A stretch of DNA of 64,000 nucleotides, taken from a virus. The translations under genes were made by a program, and so were the position numbers. The notes below the pieces were generated by a model. The model did no database searches. It had not been told where the DNA came from and was given only the letters and a program-made list of their open reading frames with translations. Shown piece after piece: positions 47,138 through 58,102 of the stretch (positions are counted from its first letter, which is position 1; every line of letters begins with the position of its first letter). The stretch lies in IMG/VR virus record IMGVR_UViG_3300035698_001735, positions 1 through 64,000 of that record; one strand, written 5' to 3'.

Positions 47138-47446
47138 ATGAACTACAAACTTTTTATAGACGACATACGCGACCCAGCAGACGATACTTGGATAATTACG
47201 CGATCGTCGGAAGAAACAATACAAAAGATGCAGCATGACGGGTGTCCGCAACTAATATCATTTGATCACGACTTAGGCGGCGACGATACTGCTATGCGTG
47301 TAGTTAACTGGATGATTGAAACAGACTTAGACGCAGCTAGTAACTTTATACCTGCAGACTTTGCATTTAAAGTGCATAGTGCTAACCCAGTCGGTGCTGC
47401 TAACATACAATCAAAATTACAAAATTACATTAACGTAAGGAATTAG
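47138..47446 (+). CDS. cyclic-phosphate-processing receiver-domain protein
   Basis: LFIDDIR.P, ISFDHDLG, VHSANPVG motifs. Confidence 0.82.
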   Translation: MNYKLFIDDIRDPADDTWIITRSSEETIQKMQHDGCPQLISFDHDLGGDDTAMRVVNWMIETDLDAASNFIPADFAFKVHSANPVGAANIQSKLQNYINVRN

Positions 47447-47447
47447 T

Positions 47448-47994
47448 ATGAGCAAAGCAACAGGCGAAATAGTACAAATAGGCGAACGTCGACACTGCAA
47501 TTATTCAGGACACTGGAAGAAACACAAGTCCTTAATTAACGCATGGGCCGAAGGCGCATACATTCGTAACGTAACTAAAAGGTTGACGTTCTTTAACTCT
47601 CTTCCTAACTGGAACGACGACGACGAGTTTGAGATATATACACTTAAATCCGACACAGAAATTGAAGAGGCAAAAATACAAGAATTACAGGATAAAAAAG
47701 TAGATCTACTAAAAGAAATTAATGACATAGATGACATTATCCGCCGCCGTAAAAAAAGTTTTGCCTCTTTGACAGGCTCACGCGATGAATAAACAATTAG
47801 AGGATTTTGCAAGATCACAGCTAAAAGAAGGACTTGCACATCTACCTGAAAGTAATCAGCTTATATTTAAGCGCATGTACGGCCATCTTGACGTATCTAC
47901 TGATATTAATCAAGTAGTTGACAAGATGCCAGTAGATACCTTAGACTGGGCTATGCAACAAGTCACCCGAAGTTTAAAAAAGGCACAGATATGA
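47448..47994 (+). CDS. two small hypothetical proteins (47448..47792, 47785..47994)
   Basis: coupled ORFs. Confidence 0.55.
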
Positions 47995-48287
47995 AAAAGC
48001 AAACAGGTTTTACACTAATTGAATTTTTAATAGTTTTTTTTATTATGGGAATCTTATTATCAGTCATGGTGTCTTGGTCGGGTGCCTTATGGGAACCGGA
48101 ACCCGACCACATTGATGATAATAAAAGAGCTCAACCTTCAACAAACCACAGTGAACGACTCTGGTTATATACTAAGCAAAATGTTCCTTACTTTGAGGAG
48201 TGCATAAAAGGGCAGCTATTTTACGTAACTAGCAGCACCCACTCAAAGTTGCAAATGGCTGGTCCAGTGGGAAATTGTAGATCATGA
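47991..48287 (+). CDS. prepilin-type N-terminal cleavage/methylation protein
   Basis: MKKQTG/FTLIEFLIVFFIMGILL class III signal. Confidence 0.82.
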   Translation: MKKQTGFTLIEFLIVFFIMGILLSVMVSWSGALWEPEPDHIDDNKRAQPSTNHSERLWLYTKQNVPYFEECIKGQLFYVTSSTHSKLQMAGPVGNCRS

Positions 48288-48311
48288 AACACACTAAACA
48301 AGGAGTATACT

Positions 48312-49105
48312 ATGGGTCTTGAAATGGGCAGAGCATACGCCGAGCTAGCTCGACAAGAACGCATCGAAAGAGGCGAGCCTGATCCAGCTACGCAGCCTCC
48401 TGCAGACAAAATATTACAACGTAAAATGATCATGCTTGAGAAAAGATTAGAAGCAGAAAAGGCAGCTTATGCGTACTTTACTGAATGCGACATTGGATTA
48501 GAACGGGAACAAGCATACAACATATACGAAAATATTAGGAACGCAACACGACTGTAGGAGCTTACTGTGAGTAGACATATTCTTAAATATGAGTACGACA
48601 ACGGAGTGAAACTCGAACTGCCTATTTATTGGTGCAGTCAGCTTGCTTCTAAAAGCGACTGGGCATTTATTGACATTGATCATGCTGCACTTTCAGTAGG
48701 CGGCAGCGTTGCCCCTTGTAAAAACTGTATCAAAGCCGTTATAAAAGAACTTCAAAAAGAACTATAGAGAGTATAATGACAAATAATGAATTAACAACAG
48801 AAAAAACAAACAGAGGATTTACTATTGGTAAATTCGTCGATAGATACGATGCCAAATGTAGTATTCAAAAAAGCAGCCTGGCAACAGAGGATGCTATATG
48901 GCTAGGGGTGGATGACCCAGACCCAAAAATTATGGCAAAAGATGCTAGGCAATGGGGCGTTGATACTCTTGAAACTACTGGCTGGGTTAGATACCCTGTG
49001 CCTGATTGCGTGCTTCTTACTACACGGATGCACCTAACACAATCAATGGTTGCTGACTTGTTACCTGCATTGCAGCATTTTGTTAACACCGGAGAATTAA
49101 AATGA
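48312..49105 (+). CDS. three small hypothetical proteins (48312..48557, 48567..48767, 48776..49105)
   Basis: SD-led co-oriented ORFs; the last has SIQKSSLATE.AIWLG...RMHL. Confidence 0.6.
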
Positions 49106-49734
49106 AAATAAAGATAGGAAAATATCCATACCGGTTGGTATGCAACATACACACGAGTTATATTAATCGTAAATACGGGTTTGGTAAAGAACCCGAAGTG
49201 CAGAATAAGTTTGAAAACTTTGTTGAGTTTGTTGAAGAGGCTGTACAGCACATTTACAATGTTGCCAATACAGTTTACTTTGATCGACGCAAGCAGAAAG
49301 TTAGCATTAAAATAGACACGTGGGACACATGGTCTATGGACCACACGCTGGCTCCTATTATCTTAACAATGCTCAAGCAGCTAAAGGAAACTAAGCATGG
49401 TTCTCCTCATGTAAACGAGGATGACGTTCCTATAAACCTAAGAGATACACCCGAAGAGGCAAAAGCTGCCGGCAACGGTACAACAGATAAGTTCTGGCTG
49501 CGATGGGACTGGATAATGGACGAAATGATATGGGCCTTTGAACAAAAAACTCTTGATGACTGGGAAGAGCAATATTACGAATACAAAGATGTCCAAGAAG
49601 ATCCCGAAGACGACGAAACAATGTTTGGCATAAAGCTAATATGGCGAGACGAAGCAGGACGCAAGTTGCACCATAATCGAATGGCAAATGGCTTTAGGTT
49701 ATTTGGCGTCTACTTTGAGTCGCTTTGGGATTAA
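49102..49734 (+). CDS. hypothetical phage protein
   Basis: WDTWSMDHTLA.II..MLKQLKETKHGSP...WDWIMDEMIWAF...GF.LFG.Y..SLWD. Confidence 0.75.
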   Translation: MKIKIGKYPYRLVCNIHTSYINRKYGFGKEPEVQNKFENFVEFVEEAVQHIYNVANTVYFDRRKQKVSIKIDTWDTWSMDHTLAPIILTMLKQLKETKHGSPHVNEDDVPINLRDTPEEAKAAGNGTTDKFWLRWDWIMDEMIWAFEQKTLDDWEEQYYEYKDVQEDPEDDETMFGIKLIWRDEAGRKLHHNRMANGFRLFGVYFESLWD

Positions 49735-49805
49735 TTGTTCATATCTTAATCCCATACATACTATTATGTATAAATAATTGTTAATCAACTTACGGAGCAA
49801 AGCAA

Positions 49806-50410
49806 TGGCATTTACGTTTTTAATTGGATGGACTATGCAAGACACTTATTACTACGGCTCATCTCGTAAAGATCACATACTGCCAGCTGATCTAGAGAAG
49901 TCATTTTTCCCTTCAACTAATGCGGTTAAGGCATTTCGCAAAGAGAACGGCAAGCCTAACATAGTCCAAGTACGTAAAGTATTCGACAATGCCGACAAAT
50001 GTCGCGACTACGAGAAGAAAGTACTAGACAAGCTAGACGTTAATAACAAAGACAAATGGCTAAACACTAAAACGTTGCCTAGAGGCATACGCACTGGAGC
50101 AACTCACTCGGCAGAATCTAAAGCACGCATGAGCGAGTCGAAGCTTGGCGTTGCTAAAACTCCCGAGCACATTGCTAAAATGCGTAACCGCCCACAGGAC
50201 AACGAACAGCTTACTTGTCCGCATTGCGACAAGACCGGGGATTACAAGAACATGAAGCGTTGGCACATGGATCGCTGTAAACTAAATCCTGCAAGACTAA
50301 CTGATGCAGACGCTAAAGAAATTACTTGCACGCGTTGCGGATACACGGCGTTACAATCACCTAATTTTTACAGACACCACAACGAAAATTGCACACGTGA
50401 ATTATCCTAA
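49806..50410 (+). CDS. divergent GIY-YIG-like protein with NUMOD3-like motif and zinc-finger repeats
   Basis: FTFLIGW...YYYGS, HSAESKARMSESKLG, TCPHC...RWH..C and TCTRC...RHH..C; GGAG SD before ATG 49806. Confidence 0.65.
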
Positions 50411-50571
50411 GCCGCCAACGCCGCCGCTGCACGTAAAACAATGTGCAAGTTGCGGATACACTGATACTGCTGACACGTACAAGCATACATGCTGGTACGG
50501 AATTTCGTTAATAGGTTCTATTGTGTGTGTACTACCAATAATACTTGTATTGACTATAGGAGGTAATTAGG

Positions 50572-50829
50572 ATAAAAACAATTATACACATTAATCGCAC
50601 AGTTATTCAGCGTAATGAAAAAAATAAGACCTCATTGCCTGTGTGCCGCATAGACCTCGACGGTAAGACTTGGTATGGATCGCGAGTAGAAATACTAGGG
50701 CCTAGTGAAATGATATACAGTGCAGACAACCCTAGAAAGTGTGGTGCTAAGTTGTGGATTGAAACTGCTGCCGAGGTTATTATACACGACAAAACTACAT
50801 ATAAGGAGATGATGAATGAACACAATTGA
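50572..50829 (+). CDS. hypothetical protein, probable ATA start
   Basis: AGGAGGT SD 7 nt before ATA-AAA-ACA-ATT-ATA-CAC, in frame with track ORF 50635..50829. Confidence 0.55.
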   Translation: MKTIIHINRTVIQRNEKNKTSLPVCRIDLDGKTWYGSRVEILGPSEMIYSADNPRKCGAKLWIETAAEVIIHDKTTYKEMMNEHN

Positions 50830-53428
50830 AGCTATGCAGAATGCCTGCGACAAAGCAGCACAAGCACTATCAGCAGCAAGCCACGCACACATCGTTGCCG
50901 AAGAATCACAAACTGCATTCAATCAAAACAAAACTACAGCTCAGTTAAACGCACACAACGGATTGTGCTTAGCTAGGATGACCAATGCGGCACGCGATGC
51001 GTTTCGTGCTGCATATGAATGCAATGAACGTACTGCTCACGCATTAGCAGCAGCACAACAAGCACAAGCATATCAAAAGAAAGCCGACTTAAGTAATCTA
51101 TAAATACTTAACAAGGAGTATACCATGTTAGAAGTAATAATAGTTACAGAGGTAAGACGCGGTGCTTATGAAGGCGAACAGGTACTGTTGGGTATATTCT
51201 CCAACCCGCACAAAGCCGAGCAGTGCAAGATTGATTACCAAAGTAAGAATCCTAGCTGCGGGCTACTGGAATCAGAACACGTACAGCTAGATACATATCA
51301 TTTCCCCTTCACACCTTAATTAGTTTAAAAACTACTTTACATTTCCTTAATAGTGCGCTATACTAACTATACAAATTATTTAACAGGGCTTAATAATGAA
51401 CGAATTTCAAGAAGCAGAAGTAAATGTGCTACTGGACTTATTTAGAGGTCAGCTAAGCTCAGATTACGAAGCCTCCCTCAGCAACGAGGAGTTATCTAAC
51501 TATTTCGAAGAGCGCTTGCTGCGCTTAGTGTCAGTTACTAATCTTGAAGCAGAAGTAGATAGTGTCGACGAACAATGTGAATTACTAGAACACCCGGGCT
51601 TTGAGATTAAAGACGGGGTATGCCGCATAGAACACAACGGTCTTGAGTTTGACTTTTCATGCACTGATCTAACACTAGATGCTCTTATTGACAGAATAAT
51701 AGAAGAGTCATATAGTGCAGGCATAGAAGCAGGCAAGGACGAGCAAAATAAACAACTTAGAGAACTTATAGGATTATAAAATGGCATTGTCGAATTGTGT
51801 TAGATGCTGGGAAACACCTTGTGTCTGCGGACACGAGTATAGAAACTATACATTTAAGCGTAGACTAGACTTAGCAGCCGCAGTAATGGGCATAGATCAA
51901 CCCTTGTTGCGAAAAGCGCTGTCGGAGTTAGTGCATCAAGACGATCTGTCAACTGAAATAGCAGAGCTCGAAGAGAGACTAGCTTATCTATACGAAAGGA
52001 AGAACTAATGAGTAACGCAATAGAGGAACAAAGACAATGATTACTTCTGCCGAAAGAGAAGCTGCATTTAGGAAAGACTTTAAGGCATTGATGTTAACGC
52101 ATTCCCCGGGCATCGTTGAATGCCAAGGCGCCGACGTTTTAGAAGTAACGCTTTTTAAAGTCGAAACCGAAGCTGGTGAATGCATTAAAGAGTTTTCACA
52201 ATTTTGGGTAAACTTAGATGAATAGCTATATGTTTCCGAAGATGGATAACGGACCAATAATGACCAGAGCATTTGACGGCACTCCCACTCCGGTCGAACT
52301 ACCGATTATGTCGTGTGGGGGAACTCCGATGTTTGATTTTCCTAGTGGGTGTTCGTATCGATGCGATCTTTGTAACGCGGTTATAGGAAGCGTTGGTCAG
52401 CCGCGTAGATGTAAAGAACTTAACAAAGACGACAGGAATTATTAAAATGATTAAAGTGATGTTTATTAATGACTTCGGCGAAAACGTCGTAACAAAAATG
52501 TGCGGTGTCCCGAGCAAAGGTGACTTAATTCCTGTGTTTAGCAATGCATTATCAGAAGTAACAAAAGTACTATGGATGCCTTTGATGATATATCCTGAAC
52601 TGAAAGAGAAAGATATAGATGTCCTAATAACGGTGAAATTAAAATGAAGCCAACTGACATTAACGAATATCGCGATAAACAGAAAACTACCGGCAAACTA
52701 AAACTAGCTTACACGAGTATTGATGCCGAAGGAAAAGAGTGGTCCTTGTATGTGTGCTCATACGAGTGTCCGGAAATGGGAGACATGACTTTCCACATAT
52801 GGGCAAAAAGCATGGTTGATGCCGAGTATCGAATGGCAATGATACAGGACAGTGCGGTAGTAATTGGTGCCCTTTACGAAATAGACGAAGAAGGCATACA
52901 AGACGTAACAGATGAAGAAGACGAGGAGGACGAATGATGCTAATAGGAATGCAATGTGATCTAATGCATGTACATAGTACAGAAATAATTTTGTATAGGG
53001 CAACGATAGTATCTGAGCCAATGTATGTAGACAGGGTTCGAAACGCAGTAATACACATATTAGTAGACGGAGAAATAAAAGAGGCATCTGCTTGCCAGTT
53101 GACTAATATACGCGCGGTTAAACCAAAGTTTCGAATAAGAAGCAAGTAAGGTTATTATATGAAAATTCTAAAACAAGTAAAACTAATTTTACTCACACTA
53201 AGTATACTATTAATAGTTGGTTGCGGTATAGACAGTTCCCAGGTACCGAACGAATTAAATCGTGCCATGGGTCCTATTACACTAGTAAGCGTAAGTCCTA
53301 AAGGTGTGCTTTTGTCCGACGGCAGGGGAGATATATATGCGTATACTGGATCTTCTGCGTTTGCTCAAATTCTTATATCTGGGCAATTAGCAGCAGGCAC
53401 AATAATAAAGCACAAGGAGAAAAAATAA
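50816..53428 (+). CDS. run of small hypothetical proteins (50816..51103, 51125..51319, 51396..51779, 51781..52008, 52037..52225, 52218..52445, ~52447..52647, 52644..52937, 52934..53149, 53159..53428 lipoprotein)
   Basis: densely packed co-oriented ORFs, mostly coupled or SD-led; the last has an IVGC lipobox. Confidence 0.55.
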
Positions 53429-53653
53429 TGTTAATAGGAAAACAATGTACCGTAAGTGAAATATGTGATAACATTGACGTTTCGTATAGGGCAACGATAG
53501 TATCGAAGATGTATCCGAAGAAGACATTGAAAAATGCGCTAATACGCTAGAAGTAGCCACTCGCGGCGCTTACTATCGCGGCTGGCACTTGATTACTCCG
53601 GATCTAACTTAGTAACAAATCATTTATTACACATTAACACAACAGGAGAGTAA
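53428..53653 (+). pseudogene. chimeric remnant: 5' paralog of 52934..53149 joined to another gene's 3' end
   Basis: shares GTATAGGGCAACGATAGTATC and MLIG.QC with 52934; a second frame stays open to TAA 53653. Confidence 0.5.
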
Positions 53654-53654
53654 A

Positions 53655-54871
53655 ATGAGCGGTGATTCAAAATTTTGGTTAGGTATGTGGGCTATAATAG
53701 CTTTGACTCTATTATCAATTATAGCAATCTCAACTAGTTTTTATAGACACCATAATGAGATAATGGTAAAAATGGTAGAAGCTGGCGCACATCCAGTAGC
53801 AGTTAGGTGCGCAATGGAAGATTCAATGGGAGACGATCCCGTTTGCGTTATATACGCTACTCGCGATAGCACAGGAGAATAACATGTCTGCCACGTTTAG
53901 AAAAGTCTTCATGGTAGGAACGATGCCTGAAAATAATTATGAAGATAGCGAAGTCCTTACTATTAAAGAAGGACAGACAGACGACGAAGCCTTTGCTCAA
54001 GCAATAGCTGCGTATGGCGACGACGAAGAATTTTATATTGACACCGAAGCGGATTGCAAAGGATGAAAAAGAAAGAACCAGATCTCTATCTTAAACAGCT
54101 AGGGTGCTTAACATTTTCAAACTGCGGGTGGAAAGGCTACGCGCAACTCGGCGGCAGGACATGCAAACATTTATTCCTTAACGTATGGATTACTGCATCT
54201 TAAACCAATCAAAAATAGAGTCATTACTTGAAAGTATAGTAAACATAATTATTGGATTTAGTGTTGCTATTGCAAGTCAGATTGTAATTTTTCCAATGTT
54301 TGACATACATATACCATTTGCTACCAACTTATGGATATGTGCTTGGTTCACGATAATTAGTTTAGTACGAAGCTACGTCATACGACGTTGGTTTAATGCA
54401 GGGTTACATAAAGCAATTGTTAAACTAGCCAAGAAGGTTGCACTACGATGAGCAGTACTACCTTATTCAGTGCATGGAAGAAGCGGGGAAGCCTATTTGA
54501 CGTAGAACATCGTCATGAGTGCAGGCTTAGAGATAGCTGCATTCCGTTAAATGAATGCTCGTGTGACTGTTACGAATTTGCTTTGTTTAGAGCAGGATAC
54601 GCGGCGGGACGAAGCACAATTACTAAGGATAAACATGAGTAAATTTGACAGGCCAGTAACGAGAAAACAAGAAAAGTGGATAATTACAATTGCACTTACT
54701 ATAGGAATATCTATATTAATATGGATAGGCATTACTGGTATAGTCCATACCGCAGGTACGAAAGCAACATTTGAATCTAAATGCACAGCTAAAAACGGCA
54801 TAGTAGCTACTACAGCCCACTCCTATAAGCCTATCTGCATTTCTACTAACTTTATAATTTCAGTGGAATAA
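53655..54871 (+). CDS. small hypothetical/membrane proteins (53655..53882, 53884..54066, 54185..54451, 54448..54642, ~54635..54871)
   Basis: co-oriented ORFs; 54185..54451 has QSK.ESLLES..N..IG...RSYVIRRWFN. Confidence 0.55.
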
Positions 54872-54873
54872 CA

Positions 54874-55155
54874 ATGGAACTACCTGTTAATTACGACAAG
54901 GCTACGCCTAATGTTAGGAGACTAGTAAGAGAAGAGTATGTACGCATACAAGAGGGTAAGTGCTACTACTGCAAAGAATTACTATCTGGTCCTCCGAGTA
55001 AAAAAGTTAAAGGCAAGACAGTAAACCGAAAGCTATTCCCGCAAGGGTTCTTTAGATGGCCGGTGCATTTGCACCATAACCATAAAACTAGCATGACGAT
55101 AGGGGCTGTTCACAATTATTGCAATGCCGTTCTTTGGCAATATCACGGGAAGTAA
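54874..55155 (+). CDS. small HNH/endonuclease VII-like protein
   Basis: QEGKCYYC...HLHHNH...GAVHNYCN. Confidence 0.7.
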   Translation: MELPVNYDKATPNVRRLVREEYVRIQEGKCYYCKELLSGPPSKKVKGKTVNRKLFPQGFFRWPVHLHHNHKTSMTIGAVHNYCNAVLWQYHGK

Positions 55156-55631
55156 CAATGGAACATCAAATAGGAATGTGGATCTTTTACGCATGGGCAG
55201 GAGTAGCGCTTTTGTCAATACCTACTTTTTTATACACCTCCGTGTATACTAAACTAAGCGGCCTGGCAGTACTAGGACTATGTGTCGCGATTATGGCATG
55301 GCCAGCTACTCTGATGTATATTGTAGTAGCTGCAATAACTAATTTAGTTGAATGGGCGGGGCTAACGTCATTTACGTATTTACGTTCGTTAAAACAAGTG
55401 AGAAAATAACTATGTTAGAATATATAGCAATTCTAGGATTTACAATGGTTGGATACTTATTCCCAGAGTGGTTACTGATAATCACCAAAGCAGAATCAAT
55501 CGGTGTTCCGGTATCGCAGAATGTTCTAGCAGCAACGGCAGCGTTTTGTTTATCGACATATTACGTACTCGGAGCATAGCACCAATACTATAGTCGGAAC
55601 TAAATACACAGTAACTACTAATATAGAGGCA

Positions 55632-56075
55632 ATGTGTATGTATACTTATAGGGCTATTATAAATCGAATTGTAGACGGAGACACAGTTGATGTTGACATT
55701 GACTTAGGTTTTAGTATGTGGATGCGCAATGCACGCATAAGATTAAAAGATCTCGATGCACCCGAGCAACGCACACGCGACTTAACAGTTAAAACATTTG
55801 GCTTAGCAGCAACAGCTAGGTTGGAAGAGATGCTACCAGTAGGACTCGAGTGCGTATTAATAACCAGCCTTGACACAAATGATAAATTTGGACGCATACT
55901 TGGTGCGTTTTGGTCAGGAGTTGCACCTGGGTTTGATAATCAAACTGTGAACGATTGCATGATAAACGAAGGACACGCAGTTCCTTACTACGACGGCAGC
56001 AACCGATCTTTGTTAGCTGGATTACACGAAAAAAATCGACAAAGATTAATAGCAGAAGGTAAAGTTGTTATATGA
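55632..56075 (+). CDS. thermonuclease (SNase) family protein
   Basis: IVDGDTVDVDIDLGF, RIRL..LDAPE, DKFGRILG, MINEGHA. Confidence 0.88.
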   Translation: MCMYTYRAIINRIVDGDTVDVDIDLGFSMWMRNARIRLKDLDAPEQRTRDLTVKTFGLAATARLEEMLPVGLECVLITSLDTNDKFGRILGAFWSGVAPGFDNQTVNDCMINEGHAVPYYDGSNRSLLAGLHEKNRQRLIAEGKVVI

Positions 56076-56542
56076 AGACTACACTCAGATGGTGGCTACT
56101 AACGTGCGTTACTGCGTTAATGGCAGTGGCATGTTGGCATTTTGGATTCACTGCATTATTGCAAGCAGCCGACGTAACTAAAATAGGATTTGTTATTATA
56201 GGGCTGTATGTTTTACTCAGCGCATACATAGGATATTTGTCTTATCATGTTGACAAGGATCCCGATATTGACATACGTCGAGCACTTAACTCTTTATGGT
56301 TTAGTTCAGATTCGTTTCTTACACTAGGCATGATAGGAACTGTAATTGGTTTTATTATTATGCTAGGCGCTTCGTTCTCGGACATTGACTTATCGGATAC
56401 CGCGACGCTAAAAGACGCGCTCGTCTTTATGGCACTCGGTATGAGCACGGCTATGTACACTACACTAGTTGGCCTTATATGTTCGCAACTACTCAAAATG
56501 CAGCTAGTTAGTTTAGAAGCCGGAAAAACCCTTGCAGAATAG
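56072..56542 (+). CDS. MotA/TolQ/ExbB proton-channel family protein
   Basis: LGMIGTVIGFI ... GMSTAMYTTLVGL. Confidence 0.85.
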   Translation: MKTTLRWWLLTCVTALMAVACWHFGFTALLQAADVTKIGFVIIGLYVLLSAYIGYLSYHVDKDPDIDIRRALNSLWFSSDSFLTLGMIGTVIGFIIMLGASFSDIDLSDTATLKDALVFMALGMSTAMYTTLVGLICSQLLKMQLVSLEAGKTLAE

Positions 56543-57149
56543 ATATCAAACTACAACAGGATTCCGAGATTTACTTTTTAATTTAATCATCGGCATAACA
56601 GCAATGTTTTTCATAGCATTGATTATGATGAACCCTCCAGTAAAACAACACGATGCTCCTAAAAAAGCCGAGCTGTTAATAATTATAGAATGGACTAAAG
56701 ATTTCAACGATGATATCGACCTGTGGGTATTAGCTCCGGGTGATGTAAAACTATGGTATGGCAATAAGCAGACTGGTTTGCTTAATTTAGAACGTGACGA
56801 CCTGGGGTTTTCGACAGAAACAATAGCTAGTCAATCAGGTAGAAAAAATGATATATTGCCGATTAATAGAGAAGTTGCAGTAATCCGCGGGCCTATAGTA
56901 GGAAACTTTCAAGTAGCCGCGCATGTATATAATAGGCAAGGTGATTCTAGAGTGTTAACCGGACATATCACAGTGTCAGTCGTTAAGCTTAATCCTTACA
57001 AAGAAATGTATGTTAACCATTACACATACGACAAGCAAGCACAACAAATTACATTAGTTAACTTTGACTTAGATAAAGATAGCGTTGCTTCTAACTTTAA
57101 TAACTATCCAAACAACATCATCACAAACGATAAACCAGCAGGCCAATAA
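56532..57149 (+). CDS. single-TM partner of the MotA/ExbB protein (MotB/ExbD-like TM with Asp)
   Basis: FRDLLFNL TM helix; DIDLWV..P, LERDDLG periplasmic domain. Confidence 0.65.
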   Translation: MQNRYQTTTGFRDLLFNLIIGITAMFFIALIMMNPPVKQHDAPKKAELLIIIEWTKDFNDDIDLWVLAPGDVKLWYGNKQTGLLNLERDDLGFSTETIASQSGRKNDILPINREVAVIRGPIVGNFQVAAHVYNRQGDSRVLTGHITVSVVKLNPYKEMYVNHYTYDKQAQQITLVNFDLDKDSVASNFNNYPNNIITNDKPAGQ

Positions 57150-57620
57150 ATGAATAGTGAATTAGCACCATTAATTTTATCAGTTAGTATACTTGCTATT
57201 TTAGTATTATACATCGGCATAGCAGTAAAGCGCACTCCGTTGATGTTTCTTATTATTCCAATTGCGCTAGCTTGTAGTGTTGTTTCGTTTGTGAACGTTA
57301 ACAACTTATTAGGGTATCCGGTTGTTTCTCCTCTTAACGACAAATCATTATACTTATATCACACTATTTCGAATGATGCAAAATCAATCTATATATGGCT
57401 GATTGAACCAAAAGAAGAAAAGCCTAGAGCAGTTACTATTCCAAATACTGACAAAAGTAGAAAGAAAGTAGAAGATGCTGCCGAACAAGCTCGCAACGGA
57501 ATTCCGCAAGTGTTGCAAGTATTTGATGAATCTACGCCAGTTAACGGCAAGCAGTATGCAAGCGGGGAGTTTATCTTCTACAACTTTGATACTCCAGCAG
57601 CAGGCTATAAAACTCGTTGA
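57150..57620 (+). CDS. membrane protein, third gene of the module
   Basis: two N-terminal TM helices, LGYP, IYIWL...KPRA. Confidence 0.7.
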   Translation: MNSELAPLILSVSILAILVLYIGIAVKRTPLMFLIIPIALACSVVSFVNVNNLLGYPVVSPLNDKSLYLYHTISNDAKSIYIWLIEPKEEKPRAVTIPNTDKSRKKVEDAAEQARNGIPQVLQVFDESTPVNGKQYASGEFIFYNFDTPAAGYKTR

Positions 57621-57685
57621 CATTGTGTTTGTTTTATAGTATAGTACACACATGCTTATTTTAGCATAACATGCTAGGAAATAAT

Positions 57686-58102
57686 ATGAATTTATACATA
57701 GACGGTGAGTGGAACAGTTTCGGTGGTGACTTAATATCAATGGCTCTGTGCGCCGAGAGCGGGGAAGAGTTTTATGAGGTACTAGCTTGTCATGATCCCG
57801 ATGAGTGGGTAGCAGTAAACGTCATGCCGATACTTAACAAAGAGCCAGTTACGCTTTTAGATTTTAAGATGAAGCTAGAAGAATTTTTAAATCAGTTTGA
57901 CAGTGTACACATCATTGCCGACTGGCCTGAAGACATACAGCATTTTTGCAATGCGTTAATAATGGGTCCCGGCTTCAGGATGAACACGCCGCCGTTATCA
58001 ATGGAAATAATTAGAATTGATTGTGCTTCTGCGGTGCCGCATAACGCACTTGAAGACGCCCGAGGAATACGCGCAGCTTTAACAACACAGAGGAATACAT
58101 AA
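57686..58102 (+). CDS. DEDDh 3'-5' exoribonuclease-like protein
   Basis: YIDGEW, LISMAL, ADWPED, HNALEDAR. Confidence 0.78.
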   Translation: MNLYIDGEWNSFGGDLISMALCAESGEEFYEVLACHDPDEWVAVNVMPILNKEPVTLLDFKMKLEEFLNQFDSVHIIADWPEDIQHFCNALIMGPGFRMNTPPLSMEIIRIDCASAVPHNALEDARGIRAALTTQRNT

